This document shows, piece after piece, positions 1 through 8,374 of a DNA stretch of 64,000 nucleotides (its first letter is position 1; each line of letters begins with the position of its first letter). The DNA lies in assembly GCA_038851755.1 (NCBI GenBank), contig JAWCKR010000002.1, forward strand, positions 55,557 to 119,556, read 5' to 3'. Position numbers and translations under genes: made by a program. This DNA comes from Candidatus Hadarchaeales archaeon (GTDB lineage: Archaea > Hadarchaeota > Hadarchaeia > Hadarchaeales > WYZ-LMO6). Under the pieces are notes generated by a model. It had not been told where the DNA came from. It made no database searches and saw nothing but the letters and a program-made list of their open reading frames with translations.

Positions 1-758
1 CTCACGGTCAGCTCGATGGCCGGCTTCACCATGGACTCGTAGTCCGGGAAGGAAGCCATGAAGGGCTTCATCACCTCGGGCATGGGATAGAGCCTTATCG
101 TCCCCTTCGTGAGCACCCCCATCGTCCCCGGGTTGGCCTGGAAGAGCTTGCACAGGTCAGGTCCGTTGACCAGGTTGCAGTAGGGGAGGGGGTGAGAGGT
201 GGGGGTGTTGATGGATCCCGTTCTGAGGAGCCTGCCGTCCGGGAGGACCACCTCGATGGAGATGAGGTGGTCGGTTCCGTAGCGGGTGGCGGGCCCGTAG
301 ATCCCCCGTAGCATGTAGTTGGCCAGGACGGAGGCGGTGGAGGGGGCCCAGGGGGTGATCACCCTCAGCCCGGTCTTCTTCACCTCGTTCACGAGCTGTC
401 CGAAGCTCACCCCCGGCTCTATGGTCGCCGTCATCATCTCCTCGTTGATCTCCAGGATGCGGTTCATCCTCCTCAGGTCGAGCAGGATTCCCCCCTTCGA
501 GGGAATGCAGAGACCCTTCCGGTTGATGCCCGAGGCGAGGGGGATCACGGGCACCCTCAGACGGTAGGCCAGCCTGAGGACCTCCTGCACCTCCCTGGCG
601 GATCCGGGCCTCACCACCAGGTCGGGCCGGTGGGGCGGGACCAGGAAGAACTGATCGTCCCTCTCGAAGGGGATGAGGTCGGTGGGGTCGGAGGAGACGT
701 TTTCCTCCCCCACCAGGTCCGCCAGCTTCTTCTCCAGGCTTTTGATCCCGGCGCTCAT
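1..758 (-). CDS. FAD-binding oxidoreductase (GlcD/D-lactate dehydrogenase-like), runs off the window start
   Basis: Manual translation from ATG at 758 (ATGA overlap with the upstream stop): MSAGIKSLEKKLADLVGEENVS...PDLVVRPGSAREVQEVLRLA...GGILLDLRRMNRILEINEEMMTATIEPGVS, a typical FAD_binding_4 signature. Confidence 0.85.
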   Translation of the reverse strand, partial: MSAGIKSLEKKLADLVGEENVSSDPTDLIPFERDDQFFLVPPHRPDLVVRPGSAREVQEVLRLAYRLRVPVIPLASGINRKGLCIPSKGGILLDLRRMNRILEINEEMMTATIEPGVSFGQLVNEVKKTGLRVITPWAPSTASVLANYMLRGIYGPATRYGTDHLISIEVVLPDGRLLRTGSINTPTSHPLPYCNLVNGPDLCKLFQANPGTMGVLTKGTIRLYPMPEVMKPFMASFPDYESMVKPAIELTV

Positions 759-1909
759 GCGAGGGCCTCCGCCAGCAGCTCGCTCAGGTCCTTCACCTCC
801 ATTCCTCCCCTCTCCCTGCTGGCGTCTTCAAGGTTCCTCTTGCAGAAGGGACACGAGGAGACCAGCACCTCGGCCCCCGTCCTCTCAGCCTCCTCCAGGC
901 GCCTGGAGGCCGACCAGAGGGCGAAGTCCGGGAAGGCGGCCTTCACCCCGCTCCCTGCCCCACAGCACCAGGAGTTCTCCCTGGACCTCTTCATCTCCAC
1001 GAAGTTGCCGGAGAGCCTGCGCAGGAGTTCCCTGGGGGGATCGTACACCCCCATCCCCCTCCCCAGGTGGCAGGGATCGTGGTAGGTGACCTTTGCACCG
1101 TTCCCCCGCAGTCCCCTGCCTGCGAGGACCCTCAGGAGGTACTGGCTCGTGTGCAGGAGTTCGAGCCCGAGTTCTCCCCCCAGGAGCTTCGGGTAATCCC
1201 TGGAGAAGGTCCGGTAGCAGCCGGCGCAGGAGAAGACCACCCTTCGGGCACCCGCCTTCCTGAGCGCCTCCAGGTTGTGCTCGGCGAGCTCCCTGGCCAG
1301 CTTTCTCTGCCCGGTGCGGAGGAGGGGGGAACCGCAGCACCACTCCTCCTCCCCCAGCAGGGCGAAGGGCTCCCCGGAGCGGAGGAGCACCTCCACCGTG
1401 GCCCTCGCGATCTCCTTCTGGCGGTAGGAGGAGGTGCAGCCCACGAAGTAGACCGTCTCTCCCCGGGTGGGCACCTCTTGCTCGAGCCAGGAGGTCCTCT
1501 CCCCGTGTTTTTCCCCGTAGGGGTTCCGGTTCTTTTCGATGCTCCTGGCGTAGGACTTCTGCTTGGGCAGGGGGCCGTATCCCCTCTCCACGAGCCTGGC
1601 CTTCAGCTCCTCGAAGACCTCCACGTGGTCCACCTTCAGACCGGTGAGACCATGGCACTGGGCGTGGCAGGCTCCGCACCCTAGGTCGCTGAAGAGGATC
1701 TGGAGGGTTCGGTCGGAGGGCTTCAGCTCGCCGGACAGGAGGGCCCTGGCCACCTCCATCTTCCCGGAGGCGGAGAAGGACTCGAACCCGAAATAGGCGT
1801 AGGAGGGGCAGAGGGGCAGCCACTCGTCCAGGGCGTGCCAGTCGGCGAAGTTGCAGAGGTGGCAGTGAAGGCAGTGGTAGAGCTCCCTGAGAAGCTCCGC
1901 GGGCTTCAT
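755..1909 (-). CDS. Fe-S oxidoreductase with two CCG domains (GlpC/HdrD-like), partner of the FAD protein
   Basis: CLHCHLC, YFVGC, EWCCG, SCAGC, YHDPCHLGR, CCGAG and CPFC motifs. Confidence 0.88.
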   Translation of the reverse strand: MKPAELLRELYHCLHCHLCNFADWHALDEWLPLCPSYAYFGFESFSASGKMEVARALLSGELKPSDRTLQILFSDLGCGACHAQCHGLTGLKVDHVEVFEELKARLVERGYGPLPKQKSYARSIEKNRNPYGEKHGERTSWLEQEVPTRGETVYFVGCTSSYRQKEIARATVEVLLRSGEPFALLGEEEWCCGSPLLRTGQRKLARELAEHNLEALRKAGARRVVFSCAGCYRTFSRDYPKLLGGELGLELLHTSQYLLRVLAGRGLRGNGAKVTYHDPCHLGRGMGVYDPPRELLRRLSGNFVEMKRSRENSWCCGAGSGVKAAFPDFALWSASRRLEEAERTGAEVLVSSCPFCKRNLEDASRERGGMEVKDLSELLAEALA

Positions 1910-2017
1910 CCGCCTTCCTTCCCCCTCTTGCCTAAAAAGATTTGGTTAGTTTCACGTTCGGGAAAACATAGGGAGGTGCCTGGACGCTGGGGAAAAGGTC
2001 AGGGTCGGCGAGTCCTT

Positions 2018-3349
2018 TCAGGCCGTCACCACTTCCTGCACCAGCTCTCCCAGGGTCTCCAGCACCCTCCTCTTCACTCCTTCCGGGTTCCCCCTCATCC
2101 TTATCCAAGTCCTGCCCCTGAAGAGTCTCTCCCTCAGGATCCTTCCGGCCTCGTCGTCCATGCCTGGACTCACCCTCACCAGGTAGAGTCCGGAACTTTC
2201 CTCCCTTCCCCCAGACTTCTCCAGCAGTCCATCGGCGTCCCCGTCCACCAGCCCCAGCACGGGGATGCCCAGCCTGGAGAGGATTTCGTGCGTTATGGTG
2301 GTGGTGTCGTCCCCCACCGCCACCACCAGTCCTGCTCCCTGGGCCCTTTCCAGCGCGGTGTCGGCCCTCTCCACCAGAACCACCCTGTCTCCCTTCTTCC
2401 CCAGCTTGGCCCTGGCAGAGGGGATGTGGAGGGTGCGCAGGGTCTTGACGGTGGCTCTGGTCAGGTCCACCTTCCCCACCTTCTGGATACCCCTGGGATA
2501 CTTCTTCCCCCCCACTATCTCCTCCAGCCTGCCCCCCCTGGCCACCAGCGTTACCTCATGGGAGAGGCTCTCGCCCACCACGTATCCGTTCACCAGGATT
2601 TTCTCACCGGGACGAACCCCCACCAAAGCTCGGTAGATCCTTCCTCCCTTCCTCTCGATCCCCCCGGTGAAGGGAGGGGGGAGCCTGAAGTCGAGAGAGA
2701 GGGAAGCGGCCAGCTTCCTGCTCAGGGAGGGGTCCCCCGCCCAGTGAATGACCGCCCCCTTTCCCGCCACCTCCACCTGGGTGAGGGGGATTCGGAGGAG
2801 CCTCACCAGTCTGGCGTTCTCCACGATTTTCCTCCCCATGTGAAACCCGTTCTCGAGGGACTTGCACCCCGTGAGGAGGATGAGGAGGTCGGGGTTCTCG
2901 AGACTCAGCTCGTCCAGCGCCTGGCTGGGCAGAAGGGAGGTGCCTATCTCCCCCCTTTCACCCCAGCCGCGGTCGAGGGCGGCCACCCTTCCCATGGCCC
3001 CGCTGATCCGGATTTTTGTCCTGACACCCCACTCCTCCAGCAGGTGTAGGATCCGATCGGCCATACCCTCGTCTATGGGTTTCGGTCCCTGGAGCACCAT
3101 CCCCGCCTGAAGGATTTCCCCTGAGGTTCTCACCCGGTGCAGGGGGATGGGCTTCCACTCGCACAGGAAGACCGCTCCTCCCTCCGCCCTTATCTCGTCC
3201 AGCAGGCGGAGGAGTTCCTCGTCGACCGCGGGGAGGAGCCAGGTGGAGCGCTGGATGGGAAGGCCGCCCTTCCTGCGGAGGAGCCTGACGAGGCGCACCC
3301 TGGCCCCCCGCCTGTCGATCTCCGGCCTTATGTCGTAGAAGAGGAGCAA
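2018..3349 (-). CDS. DUF2117-like archaeal protein with an extra N-terminal Cas2/PaaX-like domain
   Basis: Body GMVLQGPKPIDEG...GAMGRVAALD...VGDDTT...GLVDGDAD resembles DUF2117; N-terminus LLFYDI...RLVRLLRRKGGLPIQRSTW. Confidence 0.7.
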   Translation of the reverse strand: MLLFYDIRPEIDRRGARVRLVRLLRRKGGLPIQRSTWLLPAVDEELLRLLDEIRAEGGAVFLCEWKPIPLHRVRTSGEILQAGMVLQGPKPIDEGMADRILHLLEEWGVRTKIRISGAMGRVAALDRGWGERGEIGTSLLPSQALDELSLENPDLLILLTGCKSLENGFHMGRKIVENARLVRLLRIPLTQVEVAGKGAVIHWAGDPSLSRKLAASLSLDFRLPPPFTGGIERKGGRIYRALVGVRPGEKILVNGYVVGESLSHEVTLVARGGRLEEIVGGKKYPRGIQKVGKVDLTRATVKTLRTLHIPSARAKLGKKGDRVVLVERADTALERAQGAGLVVAVGDDTTTITHEILSRLGIPVLGLVDGDADGLLEKSGGREESSGLYLVRVSPGMDDEAGRILRERLFRGRTWIRMRGNPEGVKRRVLETLGELVQEVVTA

Positions 3350-3387
3350 ACCCCCACCCTTTTTTCCCAGGTCCTCTACTCTTCAGG

Positions 3388-3867
3388 ATGGGGGCGGAGA
3401 TAAAGGTTGAGCGGCTTCTCCCCTCCGATGCTCCCGAGATAGAGAGGCTCTTCAGGGAAGTCTGGCCCAAAGCCACGGAGTACCCGGAGGAGTGGAGGAG
3501 GAAGAGGACCCTCCCGAAGGAAAAGATTTTAGAGGAGATGGAAAAAGGAGTTTATTATTTCGGCGTCAGGAAGGAGGGAAAGCTCGTGGGAGTGTACAAG
3601 GCGGTGCCGCTGGGCGAAGAGGTGCTCGGGGAGCACCAGGCGGTGGCCCCCGAGTGGAGGGGGAAGGGACTCGCCATCGCCATGTACCGTCAGCTGCTCG
3701 AGTTCGCGAAGGAGAGGGGCTTCAAGAGGGTGGTGGTGAACATCCTCCCCGACCAGGTCCCCAGCAGGAAGTGCGTGGATCAGCTGGGGTTCAGGAAGAG
3801 GGGAAGTCCCTGGGAGCAGGAGAAGGGGATGTGGGTGCAGACCTACGAGAAGGAGGTGGAGGGTTGA
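3388..3867 (+). CDS. GNAT family N-acetyltransferase
   Basis: AVAPEWRGKGLA acetyl-CoA motif; C-terminal LGF. Confidence 0.85.
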   Translation: MGAEIKVERLLPSDAPEIERLFREVWPKATEYPEEWRRKRTLPKEKILEEMEKGVYYFGVRKEGKLVGVYKAVPLGEEVLGEHQAVAPEWRGKGLAIAMYRQLLEFAKERGFKRVVVNILPDQVPSRKCVDQLGFRKRGSPWEQEKGMWVQTYEKEVEG

Positions 3868-4421
3868 GGAGGGAGGCCAGGAAAGGGCTCAAGGACCTCT
3901 TCTCCATGCAGGGGGAGGATCCGGAGTTCCTGCGGGGGCTGAGGGAGGAGATCGGGGACCAGGAGCCAGATGTCTGCTTCCAGTGCATGAGGTGCACGAG
4001 CGGCTGTGATGCCTTCAAGTTCCAGAAGGGATACAAGCCCCACCAGCTCGTGGGCTTCGCCAGGCTTGGGCTGAAGGAGAGGATGGTGGGCTCGGAGGTG
4101 ATATGGAACTGCACCACCTGCTCCTACTGCAAGGAGGTCTGTCCGCAGCGCGTGGCGCCGGTGGATGTGGTGAAGGCGGCCAGGAGGATGGCCGTGAGGG
4201 AGGGGAGAGCGGTGGAGGACCACAGGAAGATCGCGGGCTACCTGATCAAGACGGGCCACCTGGTGCCCGTGAACGACACGGTGAGGGGGTTGAGGGAGAA
4301 GCTGGGTCTGCCCGGCACTCCACCCACCACCCACGCCTCCCAGAAGGCCCTGGAGGAGGTGAGGGAGCTGGTGAAGCGCACGGGCTTCGTGAAGCTGCTG
4401 GGGGAGGGAAAGGATGGTTAA
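3864..4421 (+). CDS. hdrC: Heterodisulfide reductase subunit C (copy 1)
   Basis: CFQCMRCTSGC and CTTCSYCKEVCP; TTG start overlaps the GNAT stop; overlaps hdrB. Confidence 0.85.
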   Translation: MRREARKGLKDLFSMQGEDPEFLRGLREEIGDQEPDVCFQCMRCTSGCDAFKFQKGYKPHQLVGFARLGLKERMVGSEVIWNCTTCSYCKEVCPQRVAPVDVVKAARRMAVREGRAVEDHRKIAGYLIKTGHLVPVNDTVRGLREKLGLPGTPPTTHASQKALEEVRELVKRTGFVKLLGEGKDG

Positions 4422-5301
4422 GGGAGAGTACGCTTTCTACCTGGGCTGCATCACCCCCAACAGGTATCCGGGCATAGAGGCCGCCACCAGGAAGGTCTTC
4501 GAGCGGCTGGGGATAAGGCTCAGGGATATGGAGGGTGCTTCCTGCTGTCCTGCCCCCGGGGTGGTGGGGTCCTTCGATGCTCTCACCTGGCTCGTGCTGG
4601 GGGCGAGGAACCTCTCCATCGCCGAGGGGATGGGACTGGACGTGCTCACCGTGTGCAACGGTTGCTTCGACACCCTCTTCGAGGTGAACAGGGTGCTGAA
4701 GGAGGATCCGGAGCTCAGACGCAGGGTGAACGAGCTTCTCGCGGGGGTGGGGAGGAGCTACGGGGCCACGATAGAGGTTCACCACTTCACGAAGGTACTC
4801 CACGACTACGGGGTGAAGGAGCTCAAGAAGCATGTCAGGAGACCCCTTGGCCTGAAGGTGGCGGTGCACTACGGCTGCCACCTCCTCCGTCCCTCGGAGC
4901 ACAAGGGCATAGACAACCCCCTGGCGCCCAGGCTGGTGGACGAGCTGGTGGAGGCGCTCGGATGTGAGAGCGTGGACTATCCGAGCAGGCTCATGTGCTG
5001 CGGTGCGGGGGGAGGGGTGAGGTCGGCCTTCCTGAAGTACTCCCTGGAGTTCACCAGGAAGAAACTGCAGGAGCTGAAGGAGAGGGGGGTGGACTGTCTG
5101 GTGGATGTCTGTTCCTTCTGCCACCTGCAGTTCGACAGGGGACAGAAGGAAATAGAGAACCTCTTCGGGGAGACCTTCGGGATGCCGGTGGTGCACTACT
5201 CCCAGCTCCTAGGTCTGGCCATGGGGATGGCCCCCGCCGAGCTGGGGATGGATGCCCACGCCGTTTCCTGTGAGCCCCTCCTCAAGAAGCTGGGTCTCTG
5301 A
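4414..5301 (+). CDS. hdrB: Heterodisulfide reductase subunit B (copy 1)
   Basis: YLGC..PNRYPGIE, SCCPAPG, CNGC, HYGCH, CCGAGGGVRS and CSFCHLQFD. Confidence 0.93.
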   Translation: MVKGEYAFYLGCITPNRYPGIEAATRKVFERLGIRLRDMEGASCCPAPGVVGSFDALTWLVLGARNLSIAEGMGLDVLTVCNGCFDTLFEVNRVLKEDPELRRRVNELLAGVGRSYGATIEVHHFTKVLHDYGVKELKKHVRRPLGLKVAVHYGCHLLRPSEHKGIDNPLAPRLVDELVEALGCESVDYPSRLMCCGAGGGVRSAFLKYSLEFTRKKLQELKERGVDCLVDVCSFCHLQFDRGQKEIENLFGETFGMPVVHYSQLLGLAMGMAPAELGMDAHAVSCEPLLKKLGL

Positions 5302-5302
5302 G

Positions 5303-5316
5303 GAAAAACTTTTTAG
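5303..5316 (+). promoter_or_regulatory. BRE/TATA-like promoter for the thiolase
   Basis: GAAAAACTTTTTAG about 23 nt upstream of ATG 5339; similar motifs precede other genes in the window. Confidence 0.5.
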
Positions 5317-5338
5317 CGGAGGAGGGAGGGGAGAGAGA

Positions 5339-6529
5339 ATGCGCGAAGTGGCCGTGGTGGGGATAGGACACACCAAGTTCGGGAAGTGGGAGAACAGGAC
5401 GGGGATAGAGCTCTTTTGCGAGGCCGCCCAGCAGGCCATGGAGGAGGCGGGGGTTGAGGGAGGGGAGGTGGAGGCTCTCTTCGTGGGCTCGGCCCTGGGC
5501 GATTTCGAGGAGGGCCAGGCCATGATCCAGGCCCAGTGCCGCGCGGAGCTGGGCCTCGGCCTCATCCCCTGCACGCGCTTCGAGGGAGCCTGTGCCTCCT
5601 CCACGGTGGCGGTGAGGGACGCCTGGATGTGGGTGGCCTCCGGGGCCTACGACCTGGTCCTGGTGGGTGGGACGGAGAGGGTCCTGCCCATGGGTACTCC
5701 CCTGGCCACCCGGACCTTCGCCATGGCCATGCACTCCACCTACGAGGTGCCCGCCGGTCTGACCTTCCCCGGGGTCTTCGCGCTGGTGGCGAGGCTCTAC
5801 TCCAGGGTCTACGGCCTGCCCCTGGAGAGGCTCAGGGAGCAGATGGCCCATGTCTCCATCCAGAACCACAGGCACGGCGCCAGGAACCCGCTGGGTCAGT
5901 TCTACGGGAAGTACGAGAACCTGAAGGTGGAGGAGGTCCTGAACTCCAGGATGGTCTGCGATCCCATCACCCTCCTAGACTGCTGCCCCTTCACGGATGG
6001 GGCCGCGGCCCTCCTGCTTTGCGCCGGTGAGAAGGCCAGGAAGTACACGGACACCCCCGTTTACGTCCTGGGTACGGGACAGGGGGCGGGAGGTCCCATG
6101 GCCCTCTTCGAGGAGGAGCTGGTGAAGCCGCCCTCGAGGGTCTCCTCGGCCAGGATGGCCTTCAAGCAGGCTCGCCTGGAACCGAAGGACATCCAGGTGC
6201 TGGAGCTCCACGACTGCTTCACCACCGCGGAGATCGTGGCCCTGGAGGCGATGGGGTTCTTCCCCGAGGGGAAGGCGGGGGAGGCCGTGGTGGAGGGGCA
6301 GACGGAGGTAGGTGGGAAGATCCCCACCAACATGTCTGGCGGCCTGCTGGGAAAGGGGCATCCCATAGGGGCCACGGGGGCCTCGCAGGTGTGCATGATC
6401 GTGCAGCAGCTGAGGGGAGAGGCGCCGAAGGGGAACCAGGTGGATCCCGTCCCCGAGGTGGGGATGGTGGACACCATGGGCGGAGCCTACGGTACCCTCT
6501 GCCACCTCATCCTGGGGAGGAGAGGATGA
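5339..6529 (+). CDS. Thiolase (acetyl-CoA acetyltransferase, SCP-x/archaeal type)
   Basis: EGACASS, ELHDCFT and SGGLLGKGHPIGATG motifs; ATG at 5339. Confidence 0.92.
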   Translation: MREVAVVGIGHTKFGKWENRTGIELFCEAAQQAMEEAGVEGGEVEALFVGSALGDFEEGQAMIQAQCRAELGLGLIPCTRFEGACASSTVAVRDAWMWVASGAYDLVLVGGTERVLPMGTPLATRTFAMAMHSTYEVPAGLTFPGVFALVARLYSRVYGLPLERLREQMAHVSIQNHRHGARNPLGQFYGKYENLKVEEVLNSRMVCDPITLLDCCPFTDGAAALLLCAGEKARKYTDTPVYVLGTGQGAGGPMALFEEELVKPPSRVSSARMAFKQARLEPKDIQVLELHDCFTTAEIVALEAMGFFPEGKAGEAVVEGQTEVGGKIPTNMSGGLLGKGHPIGATGASQVCMIVQQLRGEAPKGNQVDPVPEVGMVDTMGGAYGTLCHLILGRRG

Positions 6530-6924
6530 GACTCTACTCCGTGGATTACGAGCGGGGACTGAAGGAGGGGAAGCTGCTGGGACTGAAGTGCCAGGACTGC
6601 GGTGCCGTCACCTGCCCTCCCATGGCGGCATGCCGCAAGTGCGGGAGCAGGAGGCTGGAGGCGGTGGAGCTGAGCGGCAGGGGTGAGCTGATGACCTTCA
6701 CCGTGATAAGGGTCCCACCGGAGGGCATGGAGGGTCCGTACATCGTCTGTCTGGTGAGGACGGAGGAGGGGCCCTGGGTGATGGGAAGGCTGGAGGCGGA
6801 AGGAGAGGCGGAGCAGGAGTGGCTGGGGAGGAGGGTGAGGCTGTCCGGGGCATACGTCTGGTCGGATAAGTACTCTTCCGGGGAGAGGGTGAGTCCAGTC
6901 TTCAGGCTGGAGGGGGGGAGATAA
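6526..6924 (+). CDS. DUF35 Zn-ribbon/OB-fold thiolase partner
   Basis: CQDCG...PP...CRKCGS followed by OB fold (LSGRGELMTFTVI); ATGA overlap with the thiolase. Confidence 0.9.
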   Translation: MRLYSVDYERGLKEGKLLGLKCQDCGAVTCPPMAACRKCGSRRLEAVELSGRGELMTFTVIRVPPEGMEGPYIVCLVRTEEGPWVMGRLEAEGEAEQEWLGRRVRLSGAYVWSDKYSSGERVSPVFRLEGGR

Positions 6925-6973
6925 CCCCCACGATAAGGTTAAATATGGGTCGAGAGTAATAAGTCGGTCCAAA

Positions 6974-7501
6974 ATGGCGGGCATAACCGATCAGCTCAGG
7001 GCAACCAAACCCCAACCGGAGCTGGTGGATAAGTTCTATGGGGTGGTGGAGAAACTCAAGCTGGAAAACCCCTTCCACTGCTTCCAGTGCTTCAAGTGCA
7101 CCAGCGGTTGCACCTCCTTCAGGCTCACGGAGATCATGCCTCACTCCTTCGTGAACTTCGTCAGGCTGGGGTTCGTGGAGGACATGATGAGGTCGGAGCT
7201 CCTCTGGGCCTGCTGCCAGTGCCTGAAGTGCAAGGAGAGGTGCCCGCAGGAAGTTGCTCCCGTGGACGTGATCTTCCTCCTGAGGAGGATGACGGTGAGC
7301 TCGGGGGCGGAGATACCCGAGGACCTCTCCAAGATCATCATGAGCGTGACCGAGACGGGCTTCATCCAGGGGATCCAGAAGGTGAAGGTGGGAGAGGCTT
7401 CCGTGGACAGGGAGCAGCTCGGTCTGCCACCGATAGACCTGCCCGATCCCGCCAAGTTCAGCTCCGTCCTCATGAAGGCCATGGAGGAGCAGATAGAATG
7501 A
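6974..7501 (+). CDS. hdrC: Heterodisulfide reductase subunit C-like (copy 2)
   Basis: CFQCFKCTSGC and CCQCLKCKERCP. Confidence 0.82.
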   Translation: MAGITDQLRATKPQPELVDKFYGVVEKLKLENPFHCFQCFKCTSGCTSFRLTEIMPHSFVNFVRLGFVEDMMRSELLWACCQCLKCKERCPQEVAPVDVIFLLRRMTVSSGAEIPEDLSKIIMSVTETGFIQGIQKVKVGEASVDREQLGLPPIDLPDPAKFSSVLMKAMEEQIE

Positions 7502-8367
7502 AGATCGCCCTCTACCCCGGGTGCGTGGCGGCCACCGAACAGTACGCCTGCGAGCTGGCCACCCGCGAGGTCCTCCGCGAGCTGGGAGTGGAGGTGGTGG
7601 AGGTCCCCGGCTTCTCCTGCTGCGGCTGGCCCCTGCAGAACGTGGGAACGGTGGGGTGGGTGTACCTGGCGGCCAGGAACATGGCCCTGGCGGCCGAGAA
7701 GGGAGTGGGTCTGGTCACCCTGTGCAACGTGTGCAACAGGATGTTCTACGAGGCCAAGGCCCTGATGGCGGCGAATCCCGAGCTCCGCGAGAAGATTTCC
7801 TCCCTCCTGAAGGAGGAGGGCAGGAAGCCCCTCGACGGGGTGGAGATCCTTCACCCCCTCGAGCTCTTCCACGACAAGATAGGGGTGGAGGAGATAAAGA
7901 AGAGGGTGAAGAAGCCCCTGAAGGGGCTGAAGCTGGCGGCGCACACGGGATGTCAGGCCATCCGCCCCAGGCAGCTCAGGTCCATCGACGATCCCGAGCA
8001 TCCCCAGAAGCTCCCCAGGCTGGTGGAGGCCCTGGGGGCCCAGAGTCCCCACTACCCCGAGTCGCTCGATTGCTGCGGGGCCTACCTCTTCTACACCAGG
8101 AAGGACGCCTCCCTCACGCTGGCCGGGGAGAAGGTGGAGGCGGTTCAGAACTGGGGATACGACGGTCTGGTGACGGTGTGCTCGAGCGGACACAGGATGC
8201 TGGACGGCAAGCAGGATGCCGCGGCCACCACGATAGGGAAGGCCCTGAACCTGCCCGTGGTCTACTACACCCAGTTGCTCGGTCTGGCCATGGGTCTGGC
8301 CCCGGAGAAGCTGGGCCTGCAGCTGAATCGCAGTCCAGTGAAGAACCTGGTGGGAAAGATAGGCTGA
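7498..8367 (+). CDS. hdrB: Heterodisulfide reductase subunit B-like (copy 2)
   Basis: YPGC, FSCCG, CNVC, HTGCQ, DCCG and YYTQLLGLAMG; ATG 7498 overlaps the hdrC stop. Confidence 0.85.
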   Translation: MKIALYPGCVAATEQYACELATREVLRELGVEVVEVPGFSCCGWPLQNVGTVGWVYLAARNMALAAEKGVGLVTLCNVCNRMFYEAKALMAANPELREKISSLLKEEGRKPLDGVEILHPLELFHDKIGVEEIKKRVKKPLKGLKLAAHTGCQAIRPRQLRSIDDPEHPQKLPRLVEALGAQSPHYPESLDCCGAYLFYTRKDASLTLAGEKVEAVQNWGYDGLVTVCSSGHRMLDGKQDAAATTIGKALNLPVVYYTQLLGLAMGLAPEKLGLQLNRSPVKNLVGKIG

Positions 8368-8374
8368 TGGGCTT

